The position numbers were made by a program, and so were the translations under genes. A DNA stretch of 64,000 nt from Bacillota bacterium (GTDB lineage: Bacteria > Bacillota > Desulfotomaculia > Desulfotomaculales > VENG01), in NCBI GenBank assembly GCA_009711705.1, contig VENG01000001.1:139889-203888 (forward strand), given 5' to 3'. Under the pieces are notes generated by a model that did no database searches, was not told the DNA's origin, and worked only from the letters and a program-made list of their open reading frames with translations. Below are positions 55,938 to 64,000 of the stretch, one piece after another; position 1 is the first letter of the stretch, and every line of letters begins with the position of its first letter.

Positions 55938-57956
55938 TTATTTTTCTTCTTTTTCTTCTTGCGCCTTCTTAATAATCTCCTGCGCCAGGCGCTCCGGTGC
56001 TTCTTCATAACCGTTGAACTGCATGGAGAATGAACCACGTCCCTGGGTCATGGCCTTTAAGTCAATGGCATAGGTATACATTTCAGACAGCGGAACTAGT
56101 GCTTTAACTGTGGTCTCGTCTCCTGCGGGATCCATGCCCAAAATTTTTCCTCGTTTGCTGTTAAAGTCACTTATAATGTCTCCCATGAAACTCTCCGGCA
56201 CCTTTACCGCTGCTTCCATAATTGGTTCCAACAGCGTTGGTTTGGCCTGCTCCATGCCTTTTTTGAAGGCCAGGGAGGCAGCAACCTTAAAGGCCATTTC
56301 CGATGAATCCACAGGGTGATATGAGCCGTCATACAGCTCGGCACCTAACCCGGTAACCGGATAGCCTGCCAGGACCCCCTCTTGTAGAGCATCTTGCAAA
56401 CCTTTTTCTACCGCCGGTATATAGTTTTTGGGCACTGAGCCACCAAAAATCTTCTGTGTGAATGTAAATTCTCCCTCCGTTGGGTAGAAGCGGATCCATA
56501 CGTGGCCGAATTGACCGTGTCCACCGGATTGTTTCTTGTGTTTGCCCTCTACTTTTACTTCGGTGCGAATGGTTTCCCGATAAGGTACTTTGGGTGTTGT
56601 AACCTCAATATCTACCCCATAACGGTTTTTTAGCTTATTCACAACTATGTCTAGATGAACATCACCCATACCGGTAAGGAGGGTTTCCTTGGTTTCGGCA
56701 CTCTTTTCCATTTTAAGAACAGGGTCTTCTTCCAGAATCCTTGACATACCGTTACCCAGTTTGTCTTCATCACCCTTACTTTTTGGCTGGATAGCTACTG
56801 TGTAAGTTGGCTCAGGGAAGTTAATCCCTTCTAAAGTTTGGGGATTATCTTTAGTACAGAGTGTATCGGCAGTTCCGGTTGCCTGCAGTTTTACAAGAAC
56901 TGCAATGTCACCGGGGGGTACATCCTGGGTCTGAGTACTGTTCTTACCCCGTACGTAAAGAATTTGACCTATTTTTTCGTTCTTTTCTTTAGTGTTGTTA
57001 TACAGGTTTGTACTATTGGTAAGCTTGCCTGAGAATAGGCGAATAAAGTTCATCCGGCCCACGTAAGGGTCTGCCAGTGTTTTAAATACCAAGGCTGAAA
57101 GTGGTTCGCTCTCATCAACTTCCGGGGCAGGCAGATAATTTACCATATTATCCATTAAGCTGGTTATGCCCATATTATTAGTAGCTGAACCGCAAAATAC
57201 CGGGGCAATTTTAGACTCTTTAATACCTTTTTTAAATCCTTCTCGGATTTCATCCTGAGTTAGTTCTTCGCCTTCCAAGTACTTCATAAGCAGCTCATCG
57301 TCAGATTCCGCCGCCGCCTCGATTAGTTGCTCTCGGTATTCAGCGATACTATCGTTCATTTCATCTGGAATGGGAATTTCTTGAGGCTTACCGTTTTCGT
57401 CAAATTTAAAGGCTTTTTGTTCTAAAAGGTCTATGATGCCTGAAAAATCAAGGGCCATGCCTATAGGTAGTTGCATAGGCACCGGGTTAGCTCCCAGCTT
57501 ATCTTTAACCTGGTTCATTACCTCGAAAAAGTCAGCATTTTCCCGGTCTAATTTATTAACGAAAATAGCCCTGGGTAGATTGTCCTTTTGGACAAAGTTC
57601 CAAATAGCTTCAGTTTGTACCTCTACACCGTCTACTGCGGAAATAACAAACAAAGCCGTATCGACTACTCTTAGTGCTCCTTTTACCTCACCGATAAAAT
57701 CGGCATATCCCGGGGTATCAAGGCAATTAATCTTAACTTGGTTCCACTCACAGGGAACCAAGCTGGTATGAATAGTAATCTGTTTATCAATTTCTTCCGG
57801 ATGATAGTCGGAAGTAGTGGTACCATCTTCCACTCTACCGATTCTATTTATCTCTCCGGTATCGTAAAGCATGGTTTCAACCAGCGAAGTTTTTCCGGCC
57901 CCACCGTGGGCTACCACAGCCACATTTCTGAGTTTATCGGTCGGATAATTTTTCAA
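55938..57956 (-). CDS. Elongation factor G paralog (EF-G2-like translational GTPase)
   Basis: G1 AHGGAGKTS, DTPGYADF and NKLD motifs. 672 aa, shorter than canonical FusA. Confidence 0.85.
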   Translation of the reverse strand: MKNYPTDKLRNVAVVAHGGAGKTSLVETMLYDTGEINRIGRVEDGTTTSDYHPEEIDKQITIHTSLVPCEWNQVKINCLDTPGYADFIGEVKGALRVVDTALFVISAVDGVEVQTEAIWNFVQKDNLPRAIFVNKLDRENADFFEVMNQVKDKLGANPVPMQLPIGMALDFSGIIDLLEQKAFKFDENGKPQEIPIPDEMNDSIAEYREQLIEAAAESDDELLMKYLEGEELTQDEIREGFKKGIKESKIAPVFCGSATNNMGITSLMDNMVNYLPAPEVDESEPLSALVFKTLADPYVGRMNFIRLFSGKLTNSTNLYNNTKEKNEKIGQILYVRGKNSTQTQDVPPGDIAVLVKLQATGTADTLCTKDNPQTLEGINFPEPTYTVAIQPKSKGDEDKLGNGMSRILEEDPVLKMEKSAETKETLLTGMGDVHLDIVVNKLKNRYGVDIEVTTPKVPYRETIRTEVKVEGKHKKQSGGHGQFGHVWIRFYPTEGEFTFTQKIFGGSVPKNYIPAVEKGLQDALQEGVLAGYPVTGLGAELYDGSYHPVDSSEMAFKVAASLAFKKGMEQAKPTLLEPIMEAAVKVPESFMGDIISDFNSKRGKILGMDPAGDETTVKALVPLSEMYTYAIDLKAMTQGRGSFSMQFNGYEEAPERLAQEIIKKAQEEKEEK

Positions 57957-58242
57957 ACTCTGTTACCCCCTTTTGTAAATAATGGATTCCCTAAAAGCCC
58001 TAGTTCTATACTTTACAGCAGTAAAATTGGACTAATTTGGTAGAAACATAAAGACCCACGGAACCCCAAAGGTACACTGGGTTTAACTTATATTAATTCT
58101 ACATAAAAACCGTAAATCCTTGTGGTTAAAAATTTTCCCTTGTATTTTTTATAAAACCATTTTACAAAAAATACCACATAGTAGCTCCATAAGGAACATA
58201 CAAATTTTAGTAGTCTCTTAACATGGAAGAGAGGTTTTATCC

Positions 58243-59793
58243 ATGGTTCAGCAATCATTTATTTATGGAGCTATGATATTGCTTTTAGCAAATTTTATCA
58301 ACCGTATCGTTGGGTTTATTTATCAGATACTGATGATACGTTTAATTGGCCCCGAAGGTGTGGGGCTCTTCAATATGGTATATCCCATTTATGTTTTGGT
58401 TTTAGTTGCCGCCACTATGGGAATCCCTCTGGCCATAGCGAAATTAGTTGCGGAGGAAACGGCCAAGAATAACTTTGCCGGAGCTTTTAGAATCTTTAAG
58501 GTTTCCTTTTTTCTCATTGTCAGCTTAAGTGTCTTTTTTACGGTGGTTGCGGTAACAGGTGCACCATATTTAAAAGAACATGTATTTCCTAATCCAAAGG
58601 TCTATTATTGTTTTCTTAGCCTGGTACCAGGAATTATAATAGTATCATTATGTTCGGCTTTCCGCGGGTATTTTCAAGGTTTACAGCGAATGACCCCTAC
58701 CGCCGTTACCCAGATGACAGAACAAGTGATCAGGGTGGTGGCGGGTTTGAGCATAGCTTACTTTTTGCTTCCACGGGGGATTGAGTATGCGGCAATAGGT
58801 CTTTCACTGGGGGTTATCCTGGGTGAATTAACTGGCTTTTTAGTAATGTTGGGAATTTATTTTTATCATCGGCCCCGAATTGCATTAGCACCTGTTCCCA
58901 ATATTCCTTTCACTACGACAACGCTTCGCATCTTTGGCCTGGCCATTCCGGTAACTTTGACCCGCCTGGTTACAACCGGGGTTATGTCAGTTGATGCCAT
59001 CCTTATACCTTACCGATTACATGCATCAGGTTTAACCATGTCAGAGGCTACGGCGGCCTACGGGGAATTGATAGGTATAGCCATGACACTTACACTTACC
59101 CCCGGAATTATAACTTTTGCGCTAGCTACAGCCCTGGTGCCCGCCGTTTCCGATGCCTTGGCTTTAAATAATTTGTCACTGGTTCGCAGCAGAGTATGTG
59201 AATCAATGCGGATTACTATGCTTGTCGGTATGCCGGCTACAATTGTACTGTTGACCGTACCGGAACAGTTATGCCTTTTGTTTTTTGACTACCCGCAGGC
59301 TGGGAATGTATTACGGGCAGTTGCACTGGGAGGACCTTTCTTATTCCTTGTACAGACAACGACAGGGGTATTACAAGGTATGGGAAGGGCAGACAAGCCT
59401 TTAAAAAACCTGATTATAGGGTCGGTTATAAAGGTGACAGGTGTTTATTATCTTACTGCTATACCGGGATTGGGTATTATCGGTACGGCTTATGCCTTAT
59501 CTTTCTCTTACGCCATTGCTGCTTTGTTTAACTATCGAGATTTACAACTCCTTAGTGGGGTCCGGGCAGAAATTTCACAATGGTTCGTAAAACCGGTGGT
59601 TGCTTCTGTCGTAATGATGCTGGCTATAGTTAATTTTAACTCCTTATTAATAAGTTATATTGAAGCGGAAAAGATGTGCACCATACTATCATTATTAGCA
59701 GGTGTACCTGTTTACATTATTATCATGTCCCTTATAGGCGGTATTAAAAGTCAAGATGTGGCAAGATTTAAAGGTGTTTTCAGGATAAAATAA
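58243..59793 (+). CDS. spoVB: Stage V sporulation protein B (MOP/MurJ-like flippase)
   Basis: 516 aa with ~14 TMs. The N-terminus (GFIYQILMIRLIGPEGVGLFNMVYP...LAIAKLVAEE) resembles B. subtilis SpoVB. Confidence 0.75.
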   Translation: MVQQSFIYGAMILLLANFINRIVGFIYQILMIRLIGPEGVGLFNMVYPIYVLVLVAATMGIPLAIAKLVAEETAKNNFAGAFRIFKVSFFLIVSLSVFFTVVAVTGAPYLKEHVFPNPKVYYCFLSLVPGIIIVSLCSAFRGYFQGLQRMTPTAVTQMTEQVIRVVAGLSIAYFLLPRGIEYAAIGLSLGVILGELTGFLVMLGIYFYHRPRIALAPVPNIPFTTTTLRIFGLAIPVTLTRLVTTGVMSVDAILIPYRLHASGLTMSEATAAYGELIGIAMTLTLTPGIITFALATALVPAVSDALALNNLSLVRSRVCESMRITMLVGMPATIVLLTVPEQLCLLFFDYPQAGNVLRAVALGGPFLFLVQTTTGVLQGMGRADKPLKNLIIGSVIKVTGVYYLTAIPGLGIIGTAYALSFSYAIAALFNYRDLQLLSGVRAEISQWFVKPVVASVVMMLAIVNFNSLLISYIEAEKMCTILSLLAGVPVYIIIMSLIGGIKSQDVARFKGVFRIK

Positions 59794-59803
59794 AGAGATG
59801 GCC

Positions 59804-60583
59804 TTAGTGATTAGCCATCTCTTGATCAGTGAACCATTGGCAAAAATGTTGTAAAGAATTATAATCAGTCAAATCGAAATGAACAGGCGTGACGGAAATA
59901 TATCCTTCTTTGATTGCTTCTGTATCGGTTATAAAGTCCTCACAGTGGCTTTGGGTCTTTTCATCCCGTGGTTGACCTCCCATCCAGTAATACGGTTGTC
60001 CTTTCGGGTCACTACGTTTATGGAATATGTTTTCGTACTTTCTACGTCCCAGAGATGTCACAAGTACTCCTTTAGGTTTTTGGTCCGGGATATTAATATT
60101 ACACAGACAGTCTTGGGGTAATCCAGTGTCAGATATTTTCTTGATAACGTCTTTAATGAATTCCTGCGCCTGGAAGTAATCCGGGTCTTTACGGGTGGCC
60201 AAGGAGACTGCCACTGAAGGAATGCCATTAATTAGTCCCTCTATAGCTGCTGATACCGTCCCCGAATACAGGACATCTGTACCTAAATTAGCACCTAAGT
60301 TAATCCCTGCCACTAAAATGTCCGGGGGGACCGGGATAAGGGCTTCAACTCCTAGTTTAACACAATCAGCCGGGGTTCCGTCCACTGACCACGCTTGTTC
60401 TGCATTTTCCATGGCTACTTCTTGGGGTCTTAAAGGGGAATGCACAGTAATACCGTGTCCGCAGGCACTGCGCTCCCTGTCAGGGGCTACAATATATATT
60501 TCCCCCAGTGGTGATAATATTTCTTTTAAAGCCCTTAAACCATCGGCGTAAATTCCGTCGTCATTACTAAGGATTATGCGCAT
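59804..60583 (-). CDS. surE: 5'/3'-nucleotidase SurE
   Basis: Hallmark N-terminus MRIILSNDDGIYADG. 259 aa. Confidence 0.95.
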   Translation of the reverse strand: MRIILSNDDGIYADGLRALKEILSPLGEIYIVAPDRERSACGHGITVHSPLRPQEVAMENAEQAWSVDGTPADCVKLGVEALIPVPPDILVAGINLGANLGTDVLYSGTVSAAIEGLINGIPSVAVSLATRKDPDYFQAQEFIKDVIKKISDTGLPQDCLCNINIPDQKPKGVLVTSLGRRKYENIFHKRSDPKGQPYYWMGGQPRDEKTQSHCEDFITDTEAIKEGYISVTPVHFDLTDYNSLQHFCQWFTDQEMANH

Positions 60584-60614
60584 AAAGACCTCCGGTTATT
60601 ATCTGATTTTTAAG

Positions 60615-60744
60615 ACTCCCACTTCTATAAGTGGGAGTTCCTCATTTTACTTCAGGTGGGTGGAATCCCACCAGTTGGGGACATTCCTCTGCAGGAGGTG
60701 TGTCCCCTCTCCTCTTAAGCCCCGATGTTCAGCTTTAGCTGAAC
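60615..60744 (-). other. Structured intergenic region with four consecutive stem-loops (candidate leader or small RNA)
   Basis: Hairpins at 60615-60638 (10 bp), 60655-60672 (6 bp), 60677-60707 (7+4 bp) and 60727-60744 (7 bp). No known RNA family recognised. Confidence 0.3.
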
Positions 60745-60755
60745 GAGTTCACTTA

Positions 60756-60932
60756 CTACGTTTCATAAATAGATATTAACATGTTTCCGTTTTCTGCTTT
60801 AGATAATCCAAATAACAACCTTTTATCTTTTAGGTTTTTGTTTAAAAAATCTACTACCTTATACATATCGGAATAAGAGCTGAATTCTTTAAAGGCTATC
60901 TGTTGCAATTTATTTTCTGACTCTTGGCCCAA
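60756..60932 (-). CDS. Unannotated 58-aa protein, YpmA/DUF4264-like
   Basis: AGGAGGAA RBS 7 nt before TTG. ...YSDMYKVVDFLNKNLKDKRLLFGLSKAENGNMLISIYET resembles my recollection of B. subtilis YpmA. It begins 12 nt after the folE stop. Confidence 0.55.
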   Translation of the reverse strand: MGQESENKLQQIAFKEFSSYSDMYKVVDFLNKNLKDKRLLFGLSKAENGNMLISIYET

Positions 60933-60943
60933 CTATATTCCTC

Positions 60944-61507
60944 CTATCGATTATAAATCAATGAAAAAGCTTCTGCCCGTGTGGCGTGACTTTTTCCCAA
61001 CAGGCCTCTTACCGCCGATGTAACGGTTTTTGAGCCTGGCTTTTTTACACCTCGCAGAGTCATGCACATATGCTCTGCCTCAATTACAACTAACACCCCT
61101 TGGGGATTTAGTCGCTTCATAATACTATCTGCGATTTGTCCGGTGAGACGCTCTTGCAATTGAGGTCTTTTAGCATAACCTTCTACAACCCGGGCTAACT
61201 TGGATAAGCCAGTAATGGTCCCATTGCGTGGTATGTATGCAACATGTGCTTGTCCGTAAAAAGGTAGCAGGTGGTGTTCACACATGGAGTAAATGGGAAT
61301 ATCTTTAACCAGGACCATCTCTTCATGTTCTTCAGCAAATACCTTTTCCAAGTGTACTTCCGGCTCCTCCCAGAGACCGGAAAAAATTTCTTTGTACATC
61401 CTAGCCACTCTGGCTGGCGTTTCCTGTAGTCCCTCACGTTCCGGATCTTCCCCAATGGCCTCGAGAATTATTTTAATAGCTTCCTCTATTTTTGGAGTAT
61501 CAATCAT
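60944..61507 (-). CDS. folE: GTP cyclohydrolase I
   Basis: MCEHHLLPF zinc/active-site motif. 187 aa. Confidence 0.96.
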   Translation of the reverse strand: MIDTPKIEEAIKIILEAIGEDPEREGLQETPARVARMYKEIFSGLWEEPEVHLEKVFAEEHEEMVLVKDIPIYSMCEHHLLPFYGQAHVAYIPRNGTITGLSKLARVVEGYAKRPQLQERLTGQIADSIMKRLNPQGVLVVIEAEHMCMTLRGVKKPGSKTVTSAVRGLLGKSHATRAEAFSLIYNR

Positions 61508-61698
61508 TTAGCATTATCCCTCCCACTTTAACTCAAAAATTAGCCCGGTCTCCATGGTCCTTTGTTTGTTCTGCACCAAGCCGGGAAATCCTTTAATCAA
61601 TTGCACCAATTTATTATAACTCATACTAATTATTTTAAATATTTCGTCATTATAGACGGACTGTCCTTCTTGATATATGAAATTAGGTTCATCAACGA

Positions 61699-61731
61699 AA
61701 AGGAAGAACGGGAAGTTCCCGTTCTTCCTTT
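61699..61731 (-). terminator. Intrinsic terminator overlapping the TPR gene stop codon
   Basis: ~15-bp stem aaaggaagaacggga/tcccgttcttccttt followed on the minus strand by UUUUCG. Confidence 0.7.
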
Positions 61732-62833
61732 AACTTGTAAGTCCCAAAGCGCGTTTAAAGCTTTCCCTTGCCTCACTGGCTCGTCCCATTTCCATTAGCA
61801 GCTCGGCTTTGAGGCCCCAAATGTGGTGGTTTGCCGGGTCGCTGTTCAGTAAGTTTTCGTATATTTCTAAAGCTTTTGTATGTTTATCAAGTTTTGCCAG
61901 GCACCCAGCTTTGTTTATTTTTGCAAATGTATTATTGGGGTTAAGCAGTAGACTACGATTGTAATGTTCCAAGGCTGCTTTTTTATCGCCGGCATTTTCC
62001 AGACAAATACCAAGGTTGTTCTCTAGTGTGTCATCGCCCGGATGTACTGAAAGTGCTGAATTAAAGCAAGCCATGGCTTTTTTGTTATCCCCGCAGCACT
62101 GGTAGCATGAGGCCAGATTACTTAATACAATGGTATCCCTGGGGGCCATTCCCCGGGCAACTTCGTAGCAGGATAGCGCTTCGTCATATTGGCCACAATG
62201 AAAAAGGCTGTAGCCCTTATTATTTAATAATTCAAGGGAATTTAGTCCCAGTGCCTGAGCCTTTGTGTAATGTTCAACAGCTTCTCCGTGCCTGGATAAT
62301 TTACTCAAAGACAGCCCTGCATTAAAGAAAATGCTTGGGTCAGAGCACCCATTATTTATTAAGGCATTAAAAATGGAAAGAGCGTCAGCGGGTTTTTGAG
62401 ATTGTAGAAGTTTTACGCCGACATCGTTTAATGCGGCCTCTTCATTTTTGGGATTTCGCATGGAGGTATCTGCACCTTTTAGCTGCTGTAATTCCCCGTC
62501 CCGGAATTGCACTTGCTGAGCTTGGACTTTACACAGGTTTTTTTCGGCTGGCCTGTAAATTTTATTCAACCAGTATAAAAAGTTTCCTATATTCTCAGCA
62601 CCGGCCGCTTTTTTCCAGTGCATTACCGCACGATCTATTTGACCTTCTTTTAAACATAGCCTGCTGGCTTGTAGGTGCAGATTGGCAGTGGGGGCATTGT
62701 TTTTTATTACCCGGTCAACAATACCCAGGGCTTGAGTGTGAGCACCTACGGACTCCAAGAGTTTGGCAGAGAGGCGCAGAAGGCTATATTTTGAGTTGTT
62801 TGCAACTTTATCATTTTTCCACACTGCGTACAC
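61730..62833 (-). CDS. Tetratricopeptide-repeat (TPR) protein
   Basis: 367 aa with multiple 34-aa A/Y/L-patterned repeats. GTG start. Confidence 0.8.
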   Translation of the reverse strand: MYAVWKNDKVANNSKYSLLRLSAKLLESVGAHTQALGIVDRVIKNNAPTANLHLQASRLCLKEGQIDRAVMHWKKAAGAENIGNFLYWLNKIYRPAEKNLCKVQAQQVQFRDGELQQLKGADTSMRNPKNEEAALNDVGVKLLQSQKPADALSIFNALINNGCSDPSIFFNAGLSLSKLSRHGEAVEHYTKAQALGLNSLELLNNKGYSLFHCGQYDEALSCYEVARGMAPRDTIVLSNLASCYQCCGDNKKAMACFNSALSVHPGDDTLENNLGICLENAGDKKAALEHYNRSLLLNPNNTFAKINKAGCLAKLDKHTKALEIYENLLNSDPANHHIWGLKAELLMEMGRASEARESFKRALGLTS

Positions 62834-63093
62834 CTCCTTCGCAGTTGCGATAAGGAGGTAATTCTTTCCTGTAACTACCGTTTCCTGCCAAGTATATTGT
62901 GAATCGTCCTACAAATACCTTGCCCTTTTGACAGCATAAAACGTTGAATCATGACTAATTACGTAGCCGTCTGTTTATATTTCCTGTAAAGCCAAACATT
63001 GCACCTCTGTGATCTTATTATTTGGCGATAAAGGGTGAAAAATAAAAATGTGTTTAAATTCTAAGTATTTAAATTTTGTAGAGGAGGGGTTAT

Positions 63094-63258
63094 GTGCGCC
63101 GTAAATCAGATAAATACGAAAAGTTTGACACGGGTGATGCCTGGATTAAAGAGAATACAGGCTCAGCTACCCAAATAAACGTTGACGGTCAATGGGAACA
63201 CAATTTTGTAGACGACAAGGAACCAGTGGAAAAGAATAAGCAGGATAAAAATCGTTAA
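63094..63258 (+). CDS. Unannotated 54-aa hydrophilic protein
   Basis: GGAGG RBS 6 nt before GTG. Sequence is (M)RRKSDKYEKFDTGDAWIKENTGSATQINVDGQWEHNFVDDKEPVEKNKQDKNR. A terminator follows 4 nt later. Confidence 0.5.
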   Translation: MRRKSDKYEKFDTGDAWIKENTGSATQINVDGQWEHNFVDDKEPVEKNKQDKNR

Positions 63259-63261
63259 GGG

Positions 63262-63290
63262 AAATGGCCGCTTTTGGTGCGGCCATTTTA
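63262..63290 (+). terminator. Intrinsic terminator
   Basis: aaatggccgc/gcggccattt stem with a T run. Confidence 0.7.
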
Positions 63291-63376
63291 TAATTAGATG
63301 TGGTAAAAAAAAATAGGTCTTAATTGGTAATTGTTGACGTATAAATACTGAAAACGGTTTTGGGGAGGTGTAAAAA

Positions 63377-63778
63377 GTGCCGACTTTAAATAAAGGCCCT
63401 TCCGGTAATTTATCGTTTAGTGTTTACTCTGTGGTAAGGGGTACCGTGGTAGCACTGGTTATTTCTATATTAGGAGCTGCAGTTTTGGGTTTGATCTTTT
63501 ATTTTTCTAGTTTCTCGGAACAGGTCATGCCTTTTGGTGCCCTGGGTATTTTATTTGTTAGCGTTTTTGCCGGAGGAACTTATGCCGCCAAAAGAGCAGG
63601 AAATAGTGGCATTTACCACGGGCTGGCAGTTGGTATTGGTTTTTTTGCTGTATCCTGGTTTTTGGTTACATTGTTCTTTCCCGGTAGTACGGCTTTCTTT
63701 GAAGTTATACAAAAGCTGGCTGTGACCTGTATAGCCGGTGGGATCGGAGGTGTTTTGGGCGTAGGCCTAAAACCTTAG
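63377..63778 (+). CDS. Small integral membrane protein (YrzE/TIGR04086-like)
   Basis: 133 aa with four predicted TMs. GTG start after a GGGGAGGTG RBS. Confidence 0.55.
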   Translation: MPTLNKGPSGNLSFSVYSVVRGTVVALVISILGAAVLGLIFYFSSFSEQVMPFGALGILFVSVFAGGTYAAKRAGNSGIYHGLAVGIGFFAVSWFLVTLFFPGSTAFFEVIQKLAVTCIAGGIGGVLGVGLKP

Positions 63779-63816
63779 AACCTGTCAACAATTAACAAAC
63801 TAAAGATAAAAGGAGT

Positions 63817-63863
63817 AAAAGACTTACCCCAGTTTTAAAAATACATGGGTGAGTCTTTTTTTT
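63817..63863 (+). terminator. Intrinsic terminator
   Basis: gacttaccc/gggtgagtc stem (one GU pair) followed by T8. Confidence 0.6.
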
Positions 63864-64000
63864 GCAAGGGTCCGCCGCACTGTTGCTTGTCCTAATGTAT
63901 CTTAGTTAAAGACAGGCCGTAATGACCTGTCTCTTGTAATTACTTCCATACCTTCAATAAAATGTTTCTTAAGAAAGACGGGAGCCGGACGAAATACACA

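Noticed and set aside
61508-61698. Small minus-strand ORFs (20 aa and 36 aa) or a THF-type riboswitch upstream of folE
   Set aside because: No RBS precedes either ORF. I cannot recognise THF or other riboswitch core motifs. It is treated as a plain leader.

Overview
64-kb chromosomal segment that looks like a mid-GC, spore-forming anaerobic Firmicute. The Peptococcaceae/Desulfotomaculum-like assignment is an inference from gene content (spoVB, class-B PBP, glycyl-radical enzyme, sigma-54 activator, CsoR-CopA), not a database result. Most of the window is ordinary housekeeping: ftsEX plus an M23 peptidase, ddl, deoC, pfkA, surE, folE, an EF-G paralog and tRNA-Trp. No CRISPR array, transposase, integrase or rRNA gene was seen. 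Six things deserve a second look. (1) A minus-strand module (14977-26495) encodes putA, a Liv-type ABC importer, a radical-SAM activase and a glycyl-radical enzyme whose catalytic residues fit trans-4-hydroxy-L-proline dehydratase (HypD). A divergent CBS-PAS sigma-54 activator sits next to it. Together these suggest an anaerobic hydroxyproline-to-glutamate route. (2) At the left edge of the window (21-392) there is a mosaic of three diverged fragments of that same module, joined at 5-nt microhomologies and followed by a very strong terminator. (3) The csoR-copA copper-efflux operon is bracketed by two paralogous, signal-peptide-bearing, Met/Gly/Tyr-rich low-complexity proteins. (4) A ~100-nt conserved element sits at the same distance upstream of one Met-rich gene and of the PBP gene. 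(5) A malQ-treZ-GH57(DUF3536-like)-treY trehalose cluster sits next to tRNA-Trp. (6) Several ORFs shorter than 60 aa have good RBSs and terminators, and the MATE transporter gene has an apparent frameshift. All homology calls come from motif recognition and memory. No searches were run. Coordinates of hairpins and motifs may be off by 1-2 nt.
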